In this document: positions 47,489 through 56,257 of the stretch, piece by piece
Layout of the letters: each line of letters begins with the position of its first letter
Position numbering within the stretch: the stretch's first letter is position 1
NCBI GenBank assembly: GCA_046598715.1
Contig: JBKJIE010000097.1
Coordinates: 1-63,660, forward strand
Length of the DNA stretch: 63,660 nt
Direction of reading: 5' to 3'
Source: Acidimicrobiales bacterium
GTDB lineage: Bacteria > Actinomycetota > Acidimicrobiia > Acidimicrobiales > VFJN01
Made by a program: the position numbers and the translations under genes
Notes under the pieces: generated by a model
Seen by the model: the letters and a program-made list of their open reading frames with translations, nothing else
What the model was told of the DNA's origin: nothing
Databases searched by the model: none

Positions 47489-48757
47489 GTGGTCGTGGTG
47501 CTCGTACACCTGGTCGCCCTCGGGGTGCTCCTCGCCCGACCCGCTGATGCCCTTCCCATCCAGGACGCGCCGACCACGTCGACGGTGCCCGCCCGCGGCT
47601 ACGTCTCGGTCATCGAGGTCAGCGGCCTCCTCGACCGCGTGCTGGTCGACTTCATCGAGACCCAGATCACCACGGCCGAGGACCAAGGGGCGATCGCCCT
47701 CGTGCTCCAGCTCAACAGCACTGGGGCCGTCGCCGCCGACAGCCGGCTCAACGAACTCATCGGGCGCATCGAGCACTCCAGGGTGCCGGTCGACGTGTGG
47801 GTCGGCCCGTCAGGCAGCGCGGCCAGCGGCGCCACCACCGAGGTGCTCGCCGCCGCCCGCACAGTCGGCGTGGCCCCCAAGAGCCGCGTGGAGATCACCT
47901 CGGCGCTGCTCGGCGATCGCTCGCTCCGTGGCGATGCCGCCGTGGGTGACACGGTCGGCGCCGACACGGCCGTCGAGCTCAACCTGGTCGACAACGCCGC
48001 CCCCACCATCGGCGAGTTCATCCTCGGCCTCGACGGCGTGTCGAGCAAGGTGGTGGGCACGGGCAAGGACCGTCACCGCCAGCCGGTCACGCAGGCCCGC
48101 TTCGCCCAGCTGCCCCTCGGCGGTCAGCTGATGCACACGGTGGCGAGCCCGCCGGTGGCCTACCTACTGTTCGTGATCGGGCTGGCCCTCATCCTCTTCG
48201 AGATCTTCACGGCGGGCGTGGGGGTCGCCGGGATGGTCGGTGCCGGCGCGCTCGTGCTCGGCTCCTACGGTCTGGCCGCCCTGCCCACCAACCCGATCGG
48301 CGTCGCCCTCCTGCTGCTCGCGCTGCTCGGCTACGCGATCGACGTGCAGACCGGCGTGCCCAGGGCCTGGAGCGCGATCGCCACCACGTCGTTCGTCATC
48401 GGCTCGCTGGTGCTCTTCGACGGGATCTCCCTGTCGTGGATCACCTTGCTCATCGCCATCGCGGGCATGACCTTGGCGATGGTCGCGGGCATGCCGGCGA
48501 TGGTTCGCACCCGCTTCTCCACCCCCACGATCGGGCGCGAGTGGATGATCGGCGAGGTGGGCATCGCCGTCGGCAAGGTGTCCCCGGACGGCATCGTCAC
48601 GGTGCGAGAGGCCCCGTGGCGGGCCCGCACCAACCGGGCCACCCCCATCGAGGCCGGCCAACAGGTGCGGGTGGTGTCCATCGACGGACTGCTGCTCGAG
48701 GTCGAGCCGATCGACGGTGGCGCCGCCGACTACCGCGAGGCCCGCACCGCGCATTGA
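47489..48757 (+). CDS. NfeD-family membrane-bound protease-like protein
   Basis: A ClpP-like N-terminal domain, several central TM helices and a C-terminal OB-fold NfeD domain (WRARTN...VRVVSIDGLLLEVEP). The start is uncertain: a GTG cluster at 47489-47498 versus the track start at 47390, which overlaps the divergent arsA-like gene. Confidence 0.8.
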   Translation: MVVVLVHLVALGVLLARPADALPIQDAPTTSTVPARGYVSVIEVSGLLDRVLVDFIETQITTAEDQGAIALVLQLNSTGAVAADSRLNELIGRIEHSRVPVDVWVGPSGSAASGATTEVLAAARTVGVAPKSRVEITSALLGDRSLRGDAAVGDTVGADTAVELNLVDNAAPTIGEFILGLDGVSSKVVGTGKDRHRQPVTQARFAQLPLGGQLMHTVASPPVAYLLFVIGLALILFEIFTAGVGVAGMVGAGALVLGSYGLAALPTNPIGVALLLLALLGYAIDVQTGVPRAWSAIATTSFVIGSLVLFDGISLSWITLLIAIAGMTLAMVAGMPAMVRTRFSTPTIGREWMIGEVGIAVGKVSPDGIVTVREAPWRARTNRATPIEAGQQVRVVSIDGLLLEVEPIDGGAADYREARTAH

Positions 48758-48947
48758 CGGCCTGTCCCTTTGAGGGGATTTGCCGCAGTCGAGCGTCTCC
48801 CATGGACAGCGACCACGGCCGCGCGCAGGTTTCGGCACCCCCTCTGACCTGGGACTGTTCGCGACACCAGACAACGTGCTCGCGAAAGTTGACCCTTGTT
48901 TCTCTGAAAGAGCCAGTTGTAGGGTCGCCGCCGAAAGGGGGACATCC

Positions 48948-49208
48948 GTGAGCGCACAGCGTGTCGACGAAGCCTGGCAGATGAAGGCCGCATGCCGAGG
49001 ACCGCAGGCCGAGGTGTTCTTCCCGCCGTCCCACTTCGAGCGCAAGGAAGAGAAGGTCGAGCGGGAGAACAAGGCGAAGGGCATCTGCGCCACCTGCCCG
49101 GTGCGCCAGCCCTGCCTCAGCTATGCCATCCGCATCCGGGAGCCCCACGGCATCTGGGGCGGCCTCAACGAGGGCGAGCGCAAGCAGCTGGGCGTCCGCT
49201 CCAACTGA
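48948..49208 (+). CDS. whiB: WhiB-family transcriptional regulator
   Basis: Four Cys (C-x29-C-x2-C-x5-C) and the GIWGG turn. GTG at 48948 lies 5 nt after AAAGGGGGA. It lies upstream of the PBP1A gene. Confidence 0.88.
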   Translation: MSAQRVDEAWQMKAACRGPQAEVFFPPSHFERKEEKVERENKAKGICATCPVRQPCLSYAIRIREPHGIWGGLNEGERKQLGVRSN

Positions 49209-49265
49209 GCCCCCCGAAGACCGCGCCCGCGCGCCCCTTTGCTGGCGGGGCCCTGATGGGCGTGG

Positions 49266-51473
49266 ATGGTGCCTGTGGGCGAGACTGACCGCCGCATGCG
49301 CCGGGTCCTGAAGCTCATCACTGCACTCGTGCTGGTCGCGGTGGTCACCCCCGTCGCGTCAACCGGGGTGGTCCTCGCCGCCAACCTCTTCCTGCCGCTG
49401 CCCGCCAACCTGCCGGACCGCGTGCCGCCCACGCCGAGCCAGATCAGCCGCATCTACGACGCGGCCGGCAACGAGATCGGCACCTTCAAGCAGTTCGAGA
49501 CGAGCATCCCCGTGCGACCCGAGGACATGCCGGACGTGCTCAAGCGAGCGGTGGTGGCCGCCGAGGATCGCCGCTTCTACTCCCACGGTGGCGTCGATCC
49601 GAAGGGCACGCTGCGAGCCTTCCTGGCCGACATCCGCAAGGGAGGCGCGGCCCAAGGTGGGTCGACCATCACGCAGCAGCTCGTGAAGAACACGCTCACC
49701 AACGGCCAGCGCTCGATCAGTCGCAAGATCCGCGAGGCGGTGCTGGCCAGCCAGCTCGACCGCCAGATGGACAAGGACGCGATCCTGTTCGAGTACCTGT
49801 CGATCATCTACCTGGGCGAGGGGGCCTACGGCGCCGGCGCAGCCGCGGAGACGTACTTCCGCAAGCCTGTCAACGAGCTCAACCTCTCGGAGGCTGCCCT
49901 CCTCGCGGGACTCATCCCAGCCCCGAGTCGCTTCAGCCCCCGGGTCGATCCGGCGACCGCCGAGATCCGGCGGGTGGGCGTGCTCGACGCCATGCGCGAC
50001 GAAGGCATGATCAACCAGACAGAGCACGACCTCGTGGCCGCCCAACCCGTCTGGCTGACCGTCAACGGCCCCGCACCGGGCCCGGCCACGCTCGTGTACC
50101 CGGCCGAGACCCAGCAGTCGGCCGACCCCTACTTCACCGACTACGTCTTCCGGTGGTTGGAGGCGCACCTGCCCGGCGGGATCGACCAGATCTACCAGGG
50201 CGGGCTGCACGTCGAGACCACGCTCGACCCAGACGCGCAGAGCGCCGCGAAGCAACAGGTCGAGGACTTCCTCAGCGGCAGCTCGCCCGACCTGCGCACC
50301 TCGCTGGTGGCCGTCGAGCCGCCTACCGGCTACGTCCGGGCCTTCGTGTCGGGACGCGACTTCTCGGTCGACCGGGTGAACTACGCGCTCGGCAAGACGA
50401 GCGGTGGTGGGGTCGGTGGCGGCGGCTCGGGTCGTCAGCCGGGATCTGCGTTCAAGCCGTTCGTCCTGGCGCAGGCGCTGGCGTCGGGCATCACCCCCAG
50501 CGCCACCTACTCGGGGCGCCCCCACGACGTGTCGCAGGCGTGCCACTCCCCCGGCACCGTGCTCCAGAACTACGAGGGCGCCGGCTACGGCACGCTCGAC
50601 CTGCGCACCGCCACCTGGAAGTCGGTGAACACGGTCTTCACGCGCCTCATCCTCGACGTGGGCGTGGACAAGACCATGGCGCTGGCGAAGAAGATGGGGC
50701 TCACCAGCGTGCGCGACTACGACCCAAAGATCCACTGCGCCAGCGTCGCCCTGGGCGCTGAGTCGGTGTCGCCACTCGACATGGCGTCGGCCTACGGCGT
50801 GTTCGCCGACCGTGGCATGCGCGCCGAACCCACGCCGGTGCTGCGCGTCACGGACAAGGACGGCAAGGTCATCATCGACAACTCGAAGCCGGCCACCGCC
50901 CGCGTCCTCGAACAGGACGTCGCCGACAACGTCACCGACATCCTCCGGGGCGTGCTCACCAACGGCACCGCCGCTGGCCGTGGTCTCGACCGTCCAGCGG
51001 CAGGCAAGACCGGCACCACACAGAACAACCGCGATGCCTGGTTCGTCGGCTACACGCCGACGCTGTCCACCGCGGTGTGGATCGGCTACGAGAACAAGAC
51101 CAAGGAGACCACCAAGGAGCTCCTGCGGATCAAGGGCGTCGCCAAGGTCACGGGCGGCACGCACCCGGCCCGCATCTGGCAGGCGTTCATGAAGCGCGCG
51201 CTCGCAGGCGTGCCGATCACCGACTTCAGCCAGCCCGCTCCCATCCAGGCGGTACCCGATGCGGCCAAGATCCAAGCCCGGCACGGGTTCGAGCCGGGCA
51301 AGCGCATGTACCCCTCGGGCGACCCCACAGGCGGCACCTACGTCGAAGAGCCCGCCAAGCCCGTGGCCGACGCGCCAACTACCACCACGACAGCGCCGTC
51401 GTCGAGCTCCACGACCTCCACCACAGACCCGAACGGCAGCACCACCACCACTCGAGGCCCGATCCTCAACTAA
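49266..51473 (+). CDS. Class A penicillin-binding protein (transglycosylase/transpeptidase)
   Basis: GT51 motifs (EDRRFYSHGG, GGSTITQQL, RKIRE), TP motifs (SAFKP, SVN, KTGTT), and an N-terminal TM anchor. Confidence 0.93.
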   Translation: MVPVGETDRRMRRVLKLITALVLVAVVTPVASTGVVLAANLFLPLPANLPDRVPPTPSQISRIYDAAGNEIGTFKQFETSIPVRPEDMPDVLKRAVVAAEDRRFYSHGGVDPKGTLRAFLADIRKGGAAQGGSTITQQLVKNTLTNGQRSISRKIREAVLASQLDRQMDKDAILFEYLSIIYLGEGAYGAGAAAETYFRKPVNELNLSEAALLAGLIPAPSRFSPRVDPATAEIRRVGVLDAMRDEGMINQTEHDLVAAQPVWLTVNGPAPGPATLVYPAETQQSADPYFTDYVFRWLEAHLPGGIDQIYQGGLHVETTLDPDAQSAAKQQVEDFLSGSSPDLRTSLVAVEPPTGYVRAFVSGRDFSVDRVNYALGKTSGGGVGGGGSGRQPGSAFKPFVLAQALASGITPSATYSGRPHDVSQACHSPGTVLQNYEGAGYGTLDLRTATWKSVNTVFTRLILDVGVDKTMALAKKMGLTSVRDYDPKIHCASVALGAESVSPLDMASAYGVFADRGMRAEPTPVLRVTDKDGKVIIDNSKPATARVLEQDVADNVTDILRGVLTNGTAAGRGLDRPAAGKTGTTQNNRDAWFVGYTPTLSTAVWIGYENKTKETTKELLRIKGVAKVTGGTHPARIWQAFMKRALAGVPITDFSQPAPIQAVPDAAKIQARHGFEPGKRMYPSGDPTGGTYVEEPAKPVADAPTTTTTAPSSSSTTSTTDPNGSTTTTRGPILN

Positions 51474-51489
51474 CAGGATCCTCGATCGG

Positions 51490-52425
51490 TCAGCCGGGCT
51501 GGGTGTTCGGATCGGGGCACTTGATGACCACCTTGCACGACGTCCTGACAGGGACGCCGAAGAACACGGCCTCGGGCGCGAAGCCGAGCGGCGAGTAGGT
51601 GCGGCTCGCGATGGCGAGCACCTCGCCGGCAGAGTTGATCAGCGGACCCCCCTGGAAGGCGGCACCGATCGGGGAGTCGTGCTGGATGCCGTCGGCCGAG
51701 ACGTCGGCCACGAACCCCTGGCTGATCGCGCCTCCCGCGGCACCGAGGCCCGACACCACGAACACGCGGTCGCCGATCTGCAGCGCCGGGTCGGTCGGCG
51801 CCCACTTGAGGGCGGGCAGGTTGGGGCGAGCCAGCGTGAGCAGCGCCAGATCGTGGGCGGGATCCCACGATGTCAGCTCGGCCGTGAGCTCCTGATCGCC
51901 CTTGCGGACGGTGATCTTCGGAGCCGGCTTCTGCGTGGCGGCGCGCACGGTCGAGTACGACGTGAGCAGGAACGACTGCGAGCCGTCGGAGAACACCACG
52001 AAGGCCGACCCCACCGAAGGCTGGCCCGCCTCGTCGAGCGTCGACACGAACCACACCGATGGCGCCGTCTTGTCGAGCAGGCCGCTGAGGGTCTCGCCGC
52101 TCGCCGCGAACTTCTCGAGGTCGTCGAGCTGGCTCTGCACGGCACCGACGGCCGTGTCCCGCTCGGTGTCGATGCGACCGACCGCCTCCTTGACCTTGTC
52201 CTCGAAGCCGGCCTTGAACGCGTCGACCCGATGCTCGGTCTTGCCGAGCCGATACTCGTAGAACGCGTAGAGCACCGCTCCCGTGAACGCCGACGCGATG
52301 CTCATGCAGAACAGGAGCCCCGCGAGGCCAAGCGCGGTCGTGGGGATGATGCGCTTCCAGAAGCCGTCGGGCTCGTCGTCTCGGCGGGCATGCACGGCGG
52401 CCCCAGCTGCCTCCTCGGTCGCCAT
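51490..52425 (-). CDS. Membrane-anchored trypsin-like (S1) serine protease
   Basis: TM helix, then catalytic contexts (TSYSTV, HDLALL, FQGGPL). Confidence 0.8.
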   Translation of the reverse strand: MATEEAAGAAVHARRDDEPDGFWKRIIPTTALGLAGLLFCMSIASAFTGAVLYAFYEYRLGKTEHRVDAFKAGFEDKVKEAVGRIDTERDTAVGAVQSQLDDLEKFAASGETLSGLLDKTAPSVWFVSTLDEAGQPSVGSAFVVFSDGSQSFLLTSYSTVRAATQKPAPKITVRKGDQELTAELTSWDPAHDLALLTLARPNLPALKWAPTDPALQIGDRVFVVSGLGAAGGAISQGFVADVSADGIQHDSPIGAAFQGGPLINSAGEVLAIASRTYSPLGFAPEAVFFGVPVRTSCKVVIKCPDPNTQPG

Positions 52426-52459
52426 CGGGAGAAACGTAGCCCGACGGTAGGCTGATTCG

Positions 52460-52948
52460 ATGATCGGTCTGCTCGCACTGCTGTTCCTGGTGGTGCCGAT
52501 CGCCGAGCTCTACGTCATCGTGCAGGTGGCCCACGGCATCGGTGCCCTCGACACGATCCTGCTACTGATCGCCATCAGCGTGGCGGGAGCCTGGCTCACC
52601 AAGGCGGCCGGGATGGGCGTGCTGAAGCGTCTCCAGCGCACCGTGCGCGACGGACGGGTGCCCTCCGCCGAGCTCGTCGACGGCGGGCTCGTGCTGTTCG
52701 CCGGTGCGCTCATGATCACTCCGGGCTTCCTGTCCGACTGCCTCGCCATCCTCCTGCTCCTCCCGCCGTCGCGCGCACTCGTGCGCCGAGCGGTGCTCCG
52801 TCGGATCCGGGCCGGCGGCAGCATCGTCGGGGTGGTCGCGGGCATGCGCGGCCCCGTCGGGCACCATGGCGACGACGACGAGATCTGGGACGTCGAAGGC
52901 TGGGAGGACCCTCCTGCCCCGCCCGGGCGGCCCGGCCTCACCCCATGA
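52460..52948 (+). CDS. fxsA: FxsA-family membrane protein
   Basis: VPIAELYV...ITPGFLSD...LLLLPP signature. Confidence 0.88.
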   Translation: MIGLLALLFLVVPIAELYVIVQVAHGIGALDTILLLIAISVAGAWLTKAAGMGVLKRLQRTVRDGRVPSAELVDGGLVLFAGALMITPGFLSDCLAILLLLPPSRALVRRAVLRRIRAGGSIVGVVAGMRGPVGHHGDDDEIWDVEGWEDPPAPPGRPGLTP

Positions 52949-53069
52949 CCGCCCCCCACCACCACCACCACCTGACCTGGGCGGGCGCCCACGGAGGACC
53001 CACAGTGAGCAAGCGAAGTGAGCGTTCCCCCAGCCCTGCGGCTCGAGCCGCCACCCGAGGGGTGCACTC

Positions 53070-53936
53070 GTGACCGACGCCGCCACCGCCGACGAGCAGG
53101 AGGCCAACGCGCCCCGACCGATCGTGCACGGCGTGGCCAGCGCGCTGAGCCCGCTGGTGCGCCGCATCGTCGCGCCGAACCCGTCGATGATGACGGGGCC
53201 CGGCACGAACACGTACCTGGTCGGCATCGACGAGATCGTCGTGGTCGATCCCGGCCCGGACATCGAGTCGCACCTCGATGCGATCGCGGGCTGTGGCGGT
53301 GATCGGATCCGGTGGATCGTGTGCACCCACACCCACGAGGACCATGCGCCCGGCGTGGCCGGGCTCAAGGAGCGCACCGGCGCCGAGGTGCTCGCGTTCG
53401 ACGCGCGCGACGGTCTCGAGATCGACCGCCCGATGGGTGACCGCGACGTGATCGAGGCCACCGAGTTCGTGCTCCGGGCCATCCACACGCCGGGACACGC
53501 GTCGAACCACCTCTGCTTCCTGCTCGAGCAGGAGCGGATGCTCTTCTCCGGCGATCACATCATGGAGGGCTCGACCGTGGTCGTCGCCCCTCCCGACGGA
53601 GACATGGCCGCGTACCTCCGGTCACTCGAGCGGCTCACCGCGCTGCGCCCGCGGCTCAAGTCGATCGCCCCCGGTCACGGGCACCTCATCGAGAAGCCGG
53701 CCGCCAAGATCGAGGAGTACACCGCGCATCGCCTGGCGCGCGAGGCGCAGGTGCTCGGCTCCCTCGAGCGGGCGGGCACCACCTCCATCGAGCCGATCGT
53801 GAAGGAGCTCTACGCCGACGTCCCCGAGGAGCTCCACGTCATGGCCGGCTTCTCCGTGTGGGCCCACCTACGCAAGCTGGTGGAAGACGGCAAGGCCACC
53901 GGCGACGCCCTCGACGGCGAGTGGAGCGTCGTCTGA
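53070..53936 (+). CDS. MBL-fold metallo-hydrolase
   Basis: CTHTHEDH motif, HTPGH, and a C-terminal winged-helix-like tail. Confidence 0.88.
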   Translation: MTDAATADEQEANAPRPIVHGVASALSPLVRRIVAPNPSMMTGPGTNTYLVGIDEIVVVDPGPDIESHLDAIAGCGGDRIRWIVCTHTHEDHAPGVAGLKERTGAEVLAFDARDGLEIDRPMGDRDVIEATEFVLRAIHTPGHASNHLCFLLEQERMLFSGDHIMEGSTVVVAPPDGDMAAYLRSLERLTALRPRLKSIAPGHGHLIEKPAAKIEEYTAHRLAREAQVLGSLERAGTTSIEPIVKELYADVPEELHVMAGFSVWAHLRKLVEDGKATGDALDGEWSVV

Positions 53937-53940
53937 CGAG

Positions 53941-53987
53941 ATCTGTGTGCACGCAGCCACGCATGGCGTGGCTGCGTGCACACAGAT
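53941..53987. repeat. REP-like palindromic element, copy 5 (perfect 22-bp arms)
   Basis: atctgtgtgcacgcagccacgc-atg-gcgtggctgcgtgcacacagat, between the convergent MBL and mrp genes. Confidence 0.92.
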
Positions 53988-53993
53988 CCGTGT

Positions 53994-55172
53994 TCAGTCG
54001 AGGGCGTCGAGGGCTGCTACTGCTGCGTCGAGCATCCTCGCTGAGCAGCCGGCCATCTCGACGGGCGGGATGGCCTCGGTGAGGATGCGCTCCGCGATGG
54101 CGCGGAACGCCTCGGCGGCCGGGCCGGTGCCGAGCACGACCGGCTGACCGTCGTCGCCACCTGTGGCCACAGCCGTCTCGAGCGGAACCTGACCGAGCAG
54201 CGGCACGCCGGCATCAGCGGCCAGCGCTGCTCCCCCGCCTTCGCCGAAGAGCGCGTACGTGGTGCCGTGCTCGCAGGTGAACGAGCTCATGTTCTCGATC
54301 ACACCGGCAACGCGCAGGAAGCTCTTGCGGGCCATCGACACGGCGCGGCTGGCCACCTTCTGGGCCGCCTTTGCCGGCGTGGTGATCACCAGCACCTCCG
54401 CTCGCGGCAGCAGCTTGGCCACGCCCATCTGCACATCGCCCGTGCCCGGGGGCATGTCGATGAACAGGTAGTCGAGGTCGTCGCCCCAGTCGACGTCCTG
54501 CAGGAAGTGCATGACGCCGCGGTTGAGCATCAGCCCGCGCCACATCAACGCCGACTCCTCGTCCTCCACGAGGAACCCCATCGACACGATGCGCAGCAGC
54601 CCGTCGCCGATGACGCGCTCGTGGGGCACCATCACCTTCTTCTTGCCCTCCGTCTCGCGACCGGAGAGACGCCCGCTCACGCCGAGCATCCGGGGCACCG
54701 AGAACCCCCAGATGTCCGCGTCGAGCACGCCAACCGTGCGCCCTGTGGCCGCGATGGCCGCGGCCAGGTTGACGGTGACGGACGACTTGCCCACCCCGCC
54801 CTTGCCAGAGGCCACGAGCACGACCTTGGTGGTGGGAGCGAGCGCGGTGTCCTCGGGGCGCTGCGACACGTTCCAGCGCGCCTTGGCCATGGCCGAGGTC
54901 TTCTCGTCCTGGGTCATCTCGGTCCACTCGAGCTTCACGTGGGTGACCCCGGGCAGCGAGCCGACCCGGGCGCGCACGTCGCGCTGGATCTGCGCCCGCA
55001 GCGGGCAGCCGGAGGTGGTGAGGGCGATCGTGACGATGATGTTGCCGTCGGCCTCCACGACCGCTCCCTTGGCCATGCCGAGCTCGACGATGTCGCTCCC
55101 GAGCTCGGGATCGATCACGCCCCGGAGCACGGCCATCACGTCATCGGGGGTCGGAAGCGTCGTGGCAGCCAC
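53994..55172 (-). CDS. mrp: Mrp/NBP35 (ApbC) Fe-S cluster carrier ATPase with an N-terminal DUF59 domain
   Basis: DPELG.DIVELG, SGKGGVGKSS, and CxxC-like FTCEHG context. Confidence 0.93.
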   Translation of the reverse strand: MAATTLPTPDDVMAVLRGVIDPELGSDIVELGMAKGAVVEADGNIIVTIALTTSGCPLRAQIQRDVRARVGSLPGVTHVKLEWTEMTQDEKTSAMAKARWNVSQRPEDTALAPTTKVVLVASGKGGVGKSSVTVNLAAAIAATGRTVGVLDADIWGFSVPRMLGVSGRLSGRETEGKKKVMVPHERVIGDGLLRIVSMGFLVEDEESALMWRGLMLNRGVMHFLQDVDWGDDLDYLFIDMPPGTGDVQMGVAKLLPRAEVLVITTPAKAAQKVASRAVSMARKSFLRVAGVIENMSSFTCEHGTTYALFGEGGGAALAADAGVPLLGQVPLETAVATGGDDGQPVVLGTGPAAEAFRAIAERILTEAIPPVEMAGCSARMLDAAVAALDALD

Positions 55173-55213
55173 AGCCCAGATTCTACCGGTCAGAGCCGTG
55201 TAAACTCCACGGC

Positions 55214-55876
55214 GTGACCACCCCGCGTCTCGAGCTGCTCAAGGCACTCGGCGACAACACCCGCTACGCCATCTACCTCGAGCTGGCGCGCGCGCCGAAG
55301 CCCCTGGCCACCGCCGAGATCGCCGACACGCTCGACCTCCACGCCAACACGGTTCGCCCGCACCTCGAGCGCATGCGAGATGTGGGCCTCCTGGAGGTGA
55401 CCACCGACGCCCAGGGCAGCGTGGGTCGCCCGCAGCACCGCTACTCGCTCGCCCCCGACGCGCCGTCGCTCGGCTTCGAACCCCCGGCGTTCCCGCTGCT
55501 GGCCCAGATGCTCCTGCGCCTGGCCGCCAGCGCGGACATCCCCGCCGCCGACGCCGTCGAAGCGGGCCGCGAGCACGGGGCGCTCGACGCGGCGCGCCCG
55601 GACCGGGCTGGCACCTGCCAGCAAGCGCTCACTGCAGAGCTGGCCGCCCTCGGCTTCGACCCCGCATCGGTCGCCGAGGAGGGCAGCCTCACGGTCGCCT
55701 TCACCCGGTGCCCGTTCCGCGAGCTGGCGGAGGCCAACCCGGAGCTCGTGTGCAGCCTTCACCGCGGTCTCGTGGAGGGATTCGTCGATGCTCGCGGCGA
55801 TGGCGCCGTGGTCGAGTTCCACGATCTGGCCGACCGCAACCCGTGCCAGGTCGAGATCTCGCTCGTGGCCCGGTAG
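55214..55876 (+). CDS. ArsR-like winged-helix regulator with a Cys-containing C-terminal domain
   Basis: LKALGDNTRYAIYLEL...ATAEIADTLDLHANTVRPHLERM HTH, and C-terminal FTRCPF...VCSLHRG. Confidence 0.8.
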   Translation: MTTPRLELLKALGDNTRYAIYLELARAPKPLATAEIADTLDLHANTVRPHLERMRDVGLLEVTTDAQGSVGRPQHRYSLAPDAPSLGFEPPAFPLLAQMLLRLAASADIPAADAVEAGREHGALDAARPDRAGTCQQALTAELAALGFDPASVAEEGSLTVAFTRCPFRELAEANPELVCSLHRGLVEGFVDARGDGAVVEFHDLADRNPCQVEISLVAR

Positions 55877-55916
55877 CCTCTAGTCCAGTCATTCCGTCCT
55901 GCAGGAGGACCCAGAC

Positions 55917-56237
55917 GTGATCACGCTCACCGATTCCGCTGCCACCAAGGTCAAGGATCTCATCGAGGCCGAGGGCGAGCCGAACCTGGCGCTGCGCGTG
56001 GCCGTCCGTCCGGGCGGCTGCTCGGGCTTCAGCTACGAGATGTTCTTCGACACCGACGTCGCTGACGACGACAACCTCGTCGACTACTCCGGCGTCCGGG
56101 TCGTGGTCGATGCCTCCAGCGCCGAGCTCCTCGAGGGGGCCACGCTCGACTACAAGGACGGCCTCCAGGGCGCTGGGTTCGCCATCGAGAACCCGAACGC
56201 TCAGCGCAGCTGCGGCTGCGGCAAGTCGTTCAGCTGA
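55917..56237 (+). CDS. erpA: HesB/IscA/ErpA-type iron-sulfur cluster insertion protein
   Basis: GGCSGFSY and the C-terminal CGCGKSF motif; 106 aa. Confidence 0.92.
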   Translation: MITLTDSAATKVKDLIEAEGEPNLALRVAVRPGGCSGFSYEMFFDTDVADDDNLVDYSGVRVVVDASSAELLEGATLDYKDGLQGAGFAIENPNAQRSCGCGKSFS

Positions 56238-56257
56238 CCCCGCTCACCTGAACGACC

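Noticed and set aside
45340-47577. A 745-aa ORF suggesting a single giant ArsA-like fusion protein.
   Set aside because: Only the C-terminal 369 aa (from the Met at 46449) look like protein. The upstream 376 codons are an Arg-rich shadow of the second ArsA-like gene, which is encoded in a different frame (46449-47423).
48758-48947. The 190-nt leader upstream of whiB, considered as a possible riboswitch or sRNA.
   Set aside because: I could not fold a conserved-looking structure or match any known riboswitch core by eye. The region is somewhat less GC-rich and contains a TTGACC hexamer, which fits an ordinary promoter and 5' UTR.
52955-52972. A (CCA)5-6 trinucleotide run just after the fxsA stop.
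   Set aside because: It is short, intergenic and without obvious functional context. It is probably a compositional accident or a minor slippage tract.
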